This document shows positions 1-5,787 of a DNA stretch of 29,904 bases, piece after piece. Position numbers and translations under genes: made by a program. This stretch comes from a virus (lineage: Duplodnaviria > Caudoviricetes), in the IMG/VR virus record IMGVR_UViG_3300017707_000587, positions 1 to 29,904 of that record, one strand, 5' to 3'. The notes beneath the pieces are model-generated. The model did not search any database. It worked only from the letters and a program-made list of their open reading frames with translations, and was not told the origin of the DNA. Position 1 is the stretch's first letter. Each line of letters opens with the position of its first letter.

Positions 1-765
1 AATCTGGCGTTCGATCAAATTAAGATCAGGCAAATCATATCCTGACATATCAAAACCAATATCAGCAGGTTTATTAAGCATAATTGCCCACGACCCTACA
101 AACTGATAAAACTGTTTCACTGCATGACCTTTCAACCTCCATTTAGCCGTTTCACCTCCGTCATGCACAAAGTACATAGCTAGCATTTCATTACGGCTCA
201 TTACGTCTAGGAATTCAGAATGGTTTCCTAATTCCATTGGATCATTTGGTGACGGAGTTGCAGTACACGCTAATTTATAAGGCGTGTGTTTAAATTTCTG
301 AATGATCGTGTTTTTGGTTGCACCTTCAAAGTTTTTCAAAATTGAACTTTCATCAAGAACAACACCTGATAAATTACTAGTATCTACGTTTTCAAGTTGT
401 TCATAGTTCAAAATATAAACACCAAACTCATTAGATACTGGAGGCTCTACAAAATCATATTTTTCGCATTCAAGATTAAATCGTTTAGCCTCATTAATTG
501 TCTGACGTGATACTGCCAATGGACAAAGTATCAATACAGGATTATTAGTTTGTTTGCTCACGCGATTAGCCCATTCAAGTTGCATGAATGTTTTGCCTAG
601 TCCGCAATCGGCAAACACCGCATACTTACCCGCCTTAATTGCACGATGTACAATGAACTTCTGAAATTCAAATAGATTTTCAGATAGTTGCGTTTTTTCA
701 ATGTCGAATCCAGATAGTACGTGGTTCTTTTGTTTTGATTCCAGAAACTGTTGATATGTTGTCAT
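1..765 (-). CDS. SNF2/DEAD-like superfamily II helicase, N-terminal part (runs off the left edge; missing from the ORF track)
   Basis: Manual translation from ATG 765: MTTYQQFLESKQK...FADCGLGKT (Walker A), VVLDESSILKNF (motif II), LACTATPSPND (motif III), ELGNHSEFL; frame open to base 1. This phage family is often adjacent or fused to a DNA methylase, which is not visible here. Confidence 0.85.
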   Translation of the reverse strand, partial: MTTYQQFLESKQKNHVLSGFDIEKTQLSENLFEFQKFIVHRAIKAGKYAVFADCGLGKTFMQLEWANRVSKQTNNPVLILCPLAVSRQTINEAKRFNLECEKYDFVEPPVSNEFGVYILNYEQLENVDTSNLSGVVLDESSILKNFEGATKNTIIQKFKHTPYKLACTATPSPNDPMELGNHSEFLDVMSRNEMLAMYFVHDGGETAKWRLKGHAVKQFYQFVGSWAIMLNKPADIGFDMSGYDLPDLNLIERQI

Positions 766-774
766 AATGAATTA

Positions 775-868
775 ACCGCCCAGAACTTACAAAGATGCAC
801 CCGAAACTGAGAGTATCGGCAATGTAAGTCTGAGCGGTGTTTTAGTTTTTTTCATTTAGTCGGTGCAT
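775..868 (-). promoter_or_regulatory. Structured 5' leader of the helicase gene (long stem plus pseudoknot or alternative pairing)
   Basis: 775-791 ACCGCCCAGAACTTACA pairs with 823-838 TGTAAGTCTGAGCGGT; inner CCGA/TCGG (801-804/816-819); loop ATGCACC (795-801) is complementary to GGTGCAT (862-868). Confidence 0.55.
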
Positions 869-877
869 TCGACGTTG

Positions 878-885
878 TAAAAGTA
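878..885 (-). promoter_or_regulatory. Putative Bacteroidota -7 promoter element (TACTTTTA, 1 mismatch to TAnnTTTG)
   Basis: Sits immediately upstream of the structured leader and the helicase ATG. Confidence 0.45.
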
Positions 886-986
886 ATACTTATTTTGGAA
901 TAAAAAATTAATCGTGCGGGTATTCTCTGATTCGTAACAGGTCTAGTTGGTTCAGTTACGATTCGTGATCCTCGCGCCCACGATTG

Positions 987-1256
987 TTACTTTTCCAGCT
1001 TCTTCAGTAGTTTTCGCGCGTAAGGTCTGCTTGAGGCTTCAATGTAATATCGAGAATACTTGAGCCTTTTTTCATTGCTTTCATCTCTGATAATAAATGC
1101 ATAATCGCTTATTGCAATTATAGCCCGAAGATCGCTTATTCGGCTTGTTAATTTGGATGTGTTATGCCTTTTCGCATAATCCATAGCCGTTATCTTCTTG
1201 CCTGCGATCATTTCTTTGAGCGCGGTTATCATTATTGTCTTGCGTCGGTTGCTCAT
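987..1256 (-). CDS. Small winged helix-turn-helix DNA-binding protein (HTH_39-like)
   Basis: ITAMDYAKRHNTSKLTSRISDLR resembles the phage IT..EA.....RL.ARI.DLR pattern; basic, 89 aa. Confidence 0.7.
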   Translation of the reverse strand: MSNRRKTIMITALKEMIAGKKITAMDYAKRHNTSKLTSRISDLRAIIAISDYAFIIRDESNEKRLKYSRYYIEASSRPYARKLLKKLEK

Positions 1257-1344
1257 AGTTTTTTGTTTTAGTTAAGTAAAATCCGCTCGGTGTATCTTCG
1301 CTGCCCATTCACACACACGCAGCGATTCACTCGCGCCAGCGGAT

Positions 1345-2103
1345 TTATGGTTGTGCGTTGTAGTATTGTTTCAGAAATTCACGAGCGTCAATCACTCTAT
1401 TCTCAATTTGCATTACTGTTTCAGTATCATGACCGAATTCAAGAATATAAATGCGCTCAGTCAAAGGAATCTCAACAAATGATTCAATAGCCTTATCTGT
1501 AATATCGTCGCCACCAATCCCACGCAAATTAATGAATCGCATGAACTCTGATTCGGTGTAAACAAGATTCTTGATAATCTCTACCTCAATCCATTCGGGT
1601 GTTTCGCGTTCTGGATGCTTAAATGATTCACGTTCAAGTTCACGGAATAACACTTCGTCTGGCGCTGAATTGAGAACGTAGCAAAGTTTCGCAGTATGGC
1701 AATCGAACAAATCCATGTAACCATTAAGCTGCCAGAAGTAATCATTGTTCAGTTCAAGTTTCGCGTCTGTGAAAGTGTGAATATCCCACGATGACTTAAC
1801 ATCATAAACAATGTCGTTATGAATCACGTCACATTCGCCTGTTATGAATTCGTTTGATTTGCGCACTTCGTTTTTAATCAACGGCAACTGAAGGTGATCG
1901 GCAATAACCTTAATAGATTCGGATTCTGTGATCAACCCTTTTTCCATTTTGTTAGATGTAAATCGTTTTGTTCTGCCGTACTTGTATTCTATGTACGTTT
2001 GAATTGCGCGCTTTTTACCAGTTTTACCTAGCCCTTTAACACCCATAATATCGCCTAAAGAATGGCATCGGAACAGAATTTCATCAATATATACTTCGCT
2101 CAT
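1345..2103 (-). CDS. YqaJ / lambda-exonuclease-like PD-(D/E)xK nuclease
   Basis: Motifs MEKGLITESESI, FITGECD, YDVKSSWD, YFWQLNGYM. Confidence 0.8.
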   Translation of the reverse strand: MSEVYIDEILFRCHSLGDIMGVKGLGKTGKKRAIQTYIEYKYGRTKRFTSNKMEKGLITESESIKVIADHLQLPLIKNEVRKSNEFITGECDVIHNDIVYDVKSSWDIHTFTDAKLELNNDYFWQLNGYMDLFDCHTAKLCYVLNSAPDEVLFRELERESFKHPERETPEWIEVEIIKNLVYTESEFMRFINLRGIGGDDITDKAIESFVEIPLTERIYILEFGHDTETVMQIENRVIDAREFLKQYYNAQP

Positions 2104-2477
2104 GATTTCTTTTGTTTGATGTATTTAACTCTTACGGCATCCACGATTTCGCCAAATGCACTAACAGGGACAACGTGTAATGTGATCTTCTGACCTGCCC
2201 ATTCTTCGATATAAGGCGTACCGAGAACTTTTGAAATCAACTTCATGTTCTCTTTATTCAACAACAATGGTTTTTTAGCGCCTTTGAATTTAGCCAATAC
2301 GCATTGTTTGTTCTCCAGTTTCTTTCCGTTGAATAATTCGATTTGTTCCTGCGTTACCGATTCAATCACGACTGTTATTTCCTGATTCGGGGCAAAGTCA
2401 TGTGATCCGATAAATCGCGGATCGGTTAGTTTCTTCCAATGCGTTACTTCACGTGGCGTTTCGTTTGCGTTCTCCAT
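2100..2477 (-). CDS. Phage hypothetical protein, possibly an ssDNA-binding or recombination partner of the exonuclease
   Basis: THWKKLTDPRFIGSHDF...LLLNKEN...IEEWAGQKITL; 4-bp ATGA overlap with the exonuclease. Function inferred from position only. Confidence 0.6.
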   Translation of the reverse strand: MENANETPREVTHWKKLTDPRFIGSHDFAPNQEITVVIESVTQEQIELFNGKKLENKQCVLAKFKGAKKPLLLNKENMKLISKVLGTPYIEEWAGQKITLHVVPVSAFGEIVDAVRVKYIKQKKS

Positions 2478-2478
2478 G

Positions 2479-2751
2479 TTATTCGATTGTTAGCGTGATC
2501 TTGTTCGTGATTACTTCGATGTCGAAGTTTCTTAGTTCATCATGAGGAAAAATGTATTCGTCATTTTCATTAACCTCGACTGGATTACCCCAACTACTGC
2601 CGTCTGATAAACAATACAGATTAAGTTCTAATAGAACGTCATAATCATGTCTAGCGCATAGATAATAATCCTTATCAATTCTTACTACATCACCTTGCTT
2701 CGGTCTGGGGTCTTTCGTTGCGGTCTTCCGCGTGTCTTTGATTTCGATCAT
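2479..2751 (-). CDS. Hypothetical protein (start revised to ATG 2751, MIEIKDTRK)
   Basis: The track start at 2817 lies upstream of the promoter at 2774-2806; ATG 2751 follows an A-rich leader. Confidence 0.6.
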   Translation of the reverse strand: MIEIKDTRKTATKDPRPKQGDVVRIDKDYYLCARHDYDVLLELNLYCLSDGSSWGNPVEVNENDEYIFPHDELRNFDIEVITNKITLTIE

Positions 2752-2773
2752 TGTTTTTCGGCTTAGTTGTCTG

Positions 2774-2806
2774 CAAATGTAATACGGGGTAATACTACTT
2801 CCCAAA
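2774..2806 (-). promoter_or_regulatory. Leftward Bacteroidota-type promoter TTTG-N21-TACATTTG
   Basis: Reverse complements of CAAA (2803-2806) and CAAATGTA (2774-2781) match the -33/-7 consensus and spacing. Confidence 0.75.
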
Positions 2807-2883
2807 TGTTTTAGCATTTATTTTCACCGACTAAATTTAAATGCCTGTAAATCAACGCAAAAAAGATTTTAACAAATTAATAC

Positions 2884-2914
2884 TTGCGTGTTACGGGTAA
2901 TACATTTAGATTTG
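2884..2914 (+). promoter_or_regulatory. Rightward Bacteroidota-type promoter TTG-N20-TAGATTTG
   Basis: TTG 2884-2886 and TAGATTTG 2907-2914; ATG follows at 2932. Confidence 0.7.
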
Positions 2915-2931
2915 CAGAAAATCAATTAACC

Positions 2932-3270
2932 ATGACAGCAAACGAACTTAGAATTGGGAATTATTTTTATGATTCAGAATTTGAAATTTTTACCGTTGAA
3001 GAAATTTGTAAATACCAAACTCATGGCAGTATTGGTGTAAGATTTAGAAGCGGTGGATCGTGGGGCTCTATTGAAGTGATTGAGCCCATCCCCCTCACCG
3101 AAGAGTGGCTGGTGAAGTTGGGGCTTGAGAACAAGAACGAAATTATAACTGATTCGCTAGGTCGATATTATTTACTGAGATGCCAAGGCGTTCAGTTGAG
3201 ATATGTTCACCAACTCCAAAACCTTTATTTTGCTATTACAGGAGAAGAATTAACAATTAAAAATAAATAA
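2932..3270 (+). CDS. Bacteroidota-phage-type hypothetical protein (start revised to ATG 2932)
   Basis: MTANELRIGNY...EPIPLTEEWL...YVHQLQNLYFAITGEEL is a recurrent small phage protein pattern; the TTG start at 2884 coincides with the promoter. Confidence 0.75.
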   Translation: MTANELRIGNYFYDSEFEIFTVEEICKYQTHGSIGVRFRSGGSWGSIEVIEPIPLTEEWLVKLGLENKNEIITDSLGRYYLLRCQGVQLRYVHQLQNLYFAITGEELTIKNK

Positions 3271-3272
3271 CC

Positions 3273-3440
3273 ATGCCAAAGAAAAAGAAACTCAAAAACC
3301 CTACACGACGTTCAATCAATCTCGGAGTGGGTCGTACGCAACGAATCAATAAAGCAATGGAGCAGAACGCCGCTAAGACTGAACACGGATTTATGCTGGA
3401 TGCAATAGACGAAAAACTGAACCGACTTAAAATTAAGTAA
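3273..3440 (+). CDS. 55-aa ribbon-helix-helix-like DNA-binding protein (below the ORF-track cutoff)
   Basis: MPKKKKLKNPTRRSINLGVGRTQRINKAMEQNAAKTEHGFMLDAIDEKLNRLKIK; fills the gap between neighbours with 2-nt and 1-nt spacers; strand-helix-helix pattern. Confidence 0.65.
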   Translation: MPKKKKLKNPTRRSINLGVGRTQRINKAMEQNAAKTEHGFMLDAIDEKLNRLKIK

Positions 3441-3441
3441 C

Positions 3442-3705
3442 ATGTACTACGAAGGAACTGTTACCATACCATGCGATCTGTCAATAGACGAAGATATAGA
3501 CGCATTTGAACTCGACTTTGAATGTAGCCTCGATTGCGACGAATCGACGCACGCATCAGACCCGTCGAACGGTGGCGAAGAGTTTACAATAACTTACCTG
3601 CCAGACGGAAGCGCCCCGTCGTGGGTTTCGGATGTTATCGTTGATCTGGCGAAAGAAAAAGCGAAAGACTACTTTCTGAATAACCTGAGTAAGTATCGGT
3701 GCTAA
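3442..3705 (+). CDS. Acidic hypothetical protein
   Basis: 87-aa ORF in operon context; its TAA stop is part of the TAAC that begins cassette site 1. Confidence 0.65.
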   Translation: MYYEGTVTIPCDLSIDEDIDAFELDFECSLDCDESTHASDPSNGGEEFTITYLPDGSAPSWVSDVIVDLAKEKAKDYFLNNLSKYRC

Positions 3706-3848
3706 CGTTTTGCAGCTAACAGAAGTGGCGGCTTTGCGTTCGTTACCGAATTAGAATTACATCACTTCAAAATATATTCAAATGCTCAATAAAGAAAAAA
3801 AAGTACAGCCAACTTCCAAAAGAGGTAATGAATCAAAACCGATTGTTA
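3703..3848. repeat. attC-like hairpin site 1 (TAAC...GTTA)
   Basis: Starts TAAC 3703, ends GTTA 3845-3848; arm GGCTTTGCGTTCGTTACC (~3730-3747) pairs imperfectly with GGTAATGAATCAAAACC (~3824-3840). Confidence 0.55.
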
Positions 3849-4012
3849 TAAGCCGTTTTATTGTTGGGAATAAAATTCCATTAAAGAACAACAGCTACTT
3901 GTACATAATGGCTTTAGTTGATAATTATTATATGGCTCGGTACAAAGGCTGCGTTCCGTTCGTCTGCCGATTGGATATGTTGAAGCAGATAGTTGATAAA
4001 AATGGCTTATAA
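3782..4012 (+). CDS. Cassette 1 hypothetical protein
   Basis: 76 aa; starts in the loop of site 1 and stops at the TAA of the terminal TAAC. Bracketed by GTTATAAGCCGTTTT (3845-3859) / AAAATGGCTTATAAC (3999-4013). Confidence 0.65.
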   Translation: MLNKEKKVQPTSKRGNESKPIVISRFIVGNKIPLKNNSYLYIMALVDNYYMARYKGCVPFVCRLDMLKQIVDKNGL

Positions 4013-4055
4013 CTAGCAGATATGTCCTACAAACACAGACCAATCCGCCCGAATC
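3999..4055 (+). repeat. Array-terminal repeat, copy A
   Basis: 49/57 identical, ungapped, to 5676-5732. Confidence 0.85.
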
Positions 4056-4074
4056 TAACAGATAAGACTTAATC

Positions 4075-4356
4075 ATGAGCCTGAAACGATACGCTGCTAA
4101 ACGCGACGAAAACGAAAAAGATATTATCGACGCACTTCAAAGAATGGGCGCGGAAGTTTACAGATTATCTTCGTCTGGTTTGCCTGATCTATTGGTCGGG
4201 TGGCGCGGAATCAATATCTTAGTTGAAGTGAAGACGGATAAAGGTAAGCACACTCCAGATCAGATAACATTTCAACAGACGTGGACGGGTCAGCAATGCA
4301 CGATCCGTACCGTTGACGAAGCGATAGAACTTTTACAAACAATCAAAACAAAATAA
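4075..4356 (+). CDS. VRR-NUC domain endonuclease (Holliday-junction-resolvase-like)
   Basis: KRDENE..I, GLPDLLVG, LVEVKT..G..T.DQ..F...W motifs. Confidence 0.85.
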   Translation: MSLKRYAAKRDENEKDIIDALQRMGAEVYRLSSSGLPDLLVGWRGINILVEVKTDKGKHTPDQITFQQTWTGQQCTIRTVDEAIELLQTIKTK

Positions 4357-4357
4357 C

Positions 4358-4711
4358 ATGAACATCATCGAATTATCCCTTACATCAGAGCACGGCAGCT
4401 TTGCGTGTGATACGAATCTAAGCGCAACTCACGATCCAACATTGGAACTTTATATTTTTGATGGATTAGAAGGTTTTTCAGGTAATGACATCAGATTTGA
4501 ATTTTCGTGTCAAGATCACCCGATTCAATCCAACTCACAACTGGCAATAACTTACGCCTGTTTCGTTCTGAACGACGTATACTACCACATCCGCCTCACA
4601 GGCACACCATCAATAAAGATCGGTGATAACGAATACGTGGTAACATACGAAGACTGCCGACTTCCTTTCGACGGCTCAACGGTGAAGATCGTTTGCAGAT
4701 GGAGTGAGTAA
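4358..4711 (+). CDS. Hypothetical protein
   Basis: 117-aa ORF starting 1 nt after the VRR-NUC stop, followed by a terminator. Confidence 0.65.
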   Translation: MNIIELSLTSEHGSFACDTNLSATHDPTLELYIFDGLEGFSGNDIRFEFSCQDHPIQSNSQLAITYACFVLNDVYYHIRLTGTPSIKIGDNEYVVTYEDCRLPFDGSTVKIVCRWSE

Positions 4712-4764
4712 ATCTTTTTTCAGTTCGTTCTTTATACCCTGTTTAAGTGACAGGTGTTTGCACT

Positions 4765-4790
4765 AAGCCCCTCTTAATTGGGGGGCTTTG
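4765..4790 (+). terminator. Rho-independent terminator-like hairpin
   Basis: AAGCCCCTC-TTAATT-GGGGGGCTT followed by TGGTTT. Confidence 0.6.
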
Positions 4791-4793
4791 GTT

Positions 4794-4921
4794 TAACGGT
4801 TTCGGGCTTGGCGTTCGGCAGGGCTTGATAGCACTACACTTGATTTGAAAAACAAAAATTTGAAAATATGAATACAGATAATTTGAAAAACGAAACCGCC
4901 AATGGCACAAAACCCGTGTTA
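4794..4921. repeat. attC-like hairpin site 2 (TAAC...GTTA)
   Basis: TAACGGTTTCGGGCTTGGCG ... CCGCCAATGGCACAAAACCCGTGTTA; same layout as site 3, with only partial arm complementarity (CGGG/CCCG). Confidence 0.6.
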
Positions 4922-5146
4922 GCAGCCGTTAATTTTGATGCTATCCACAATGCAATAAGCAATTTCGTTCTAACAAATAATCGAAGACCAACGATAATTG
5001 CAATGCACCCTGATGATGGCGAAAAGTTTATAGAATTGCTTTACAAAGAATACGGATATTTTGCGATGCAAAACCTTATGAATTACAGAGGTATGAGATT
5101 GCTTCGTTCTTTTGATGTCGAAGAAGGTCGTTGGTCGGTCTATTAA
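4868..5146 (+). CDS. Cassette 2 protein; pattern resembles a stand-alone HK97 capsid A-domain
   Basis: 92 aa; starts in the loop of site 2. Bracketed by GTTAGCAGCCGTTAAT (4918-4933) / ATTAATGGCTGCTAAC (5142-5157), 15/16 complementary. Confidence 0.65.
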   Translation: MNTDNLKNETANGTKPVLAAVNFDAIHNAISNFVLTNNRRPTIIAMHPDDGEKFIELLYKEYGYFAMQNLMNYRGMRLLRSFDVEEGRWSVY

Positions 5147-5153
5147 TGGCTGC

Positions 5154-5244
5154 TAACGGGTTGTGGCTTGGCGAAGTACCGCCTTTCACAAATGTTGAAT
5201 TATAGTACAAAGGCTTGTGGCGGTATTTTGCCAAACCACTGTTA
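5154..5244. repeat. attC-like hairpin site 3 (best preserved)
   Basis: TAAC-GGGTT-GTGGCTTGGCGAAGTACCGCC (5154-5183) pairs with GGCGGTATTTTGCCAAACCAC-T-GTTA (5219-5244): a 21-position stem with one mismatch and two G.T pairs, and an unpaired spacer next to the TAAC/GTTA core. Confidence 0.8.
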
Positions 5245-5290
5245 TAAGCCGTTTTTTATTGGTTTGGATTAACAATTTAATTAAAAAACA

Positions 5291-5677
5291 ATGGTAAATA
5301 TTAAAGGATTTCCACTTTTGCACGAAGAAGAATGCAAAGAAATGTTCAGTGCTGATATGTCTTTTTCAGGCTATTATTTTATAAAACCAATTTATAAATG
5401 GCTACCTGATTTTAGTGATTTAGATGATGAAGAAAAGGCAAAATACATCTTCAAAAACTTAAAAGAAGGTATGTATTTAGTTGGATTAGAAATAATATCT
5501 GAAAAATGGGTAAACAAAGGATTTTGCGGAATGCTTTTAGAAACTTATGGACTTGTTTTAGATGAAGCAAATCCGATGGTAAAGAAAGGCGATAGAGGTG
5601 ATGAAGAAAGTCTTATTTATTTGTCATTTGACCACGTTGCTTTTGCTGTTCATTCTGTTACGGTGTCGGTGTTCTAA
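5291..5677 (+). CDS. Cassette 3 hypothetical protein (AT-rich)
   Basis: 128 aa; bracketed by GTTATAAGCCGTTTT (5241-5255) / AAAATGGCTTATAAC (5676-5690). Confidence 0.7.
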   Translation: MVNIKGFPLLHEEECKEMFSADMSFSGYYFIKPIYKWLPDFSDLDDEEKAKYIFKNLKEGMYLVGLEIISEKWVNKGFCGMLLETYGLVLDEANPMVKKGDRGDEESLIYLSFDHVAFAVHSVTVSVF

Positions 5678-5732
5678 AATGGCTTATAACTATCCGATAT
5701 GCCCTACAAATACAGGCTTATCTGCCCGAATC
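5676..5732 (+). repeat. Array-terminal repeat, copy B
   Basis: 49/57 identical to 3999-4055; contains hairpin GATA-T-GCC...GGC-T-TATC. Confidence 0.85.
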
Positions 5733-5764
5733 GGATTGATAGGTATTGAAACAGCATCTAATGG

Positions 5765-5787
5765 AAGCCCCGTAATTGGGGCTTTAT
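5765..5787. terminator. Terminator-like hairpin between convergent early and late operons
   Basis: AAGCCCC-GTAATT-GGGGCTT followed by TATTT; lies at the convergence point. Confidence 0.65.

Noticed and set aside
1290-1490. 66-aa + strand ORF
   Set aside because: Antisense to the exonuclease and overlaps an intergenic hairpin.
3858-4076. 72-aa minus-strand ORF
   Set aside because: Antisense to cassette 1 in a + strand operon; no supporting features.
3999-5732. Diversity-generating retroelement TR/VR pair
   Set aside because: Differences between the two copies are not confined to adenines, the repeat is mostly non-coding, and no reverse transcriptase is present.
3700-5745. CRISPR array or canonical integron
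   Set aside because: The repeats are inverted pairs around whole ORFs, not regularly spaced direct repeats. No cas or intI gene is in the window and the cores deviate from GTTRRRY, so it is reported only as integron-like.
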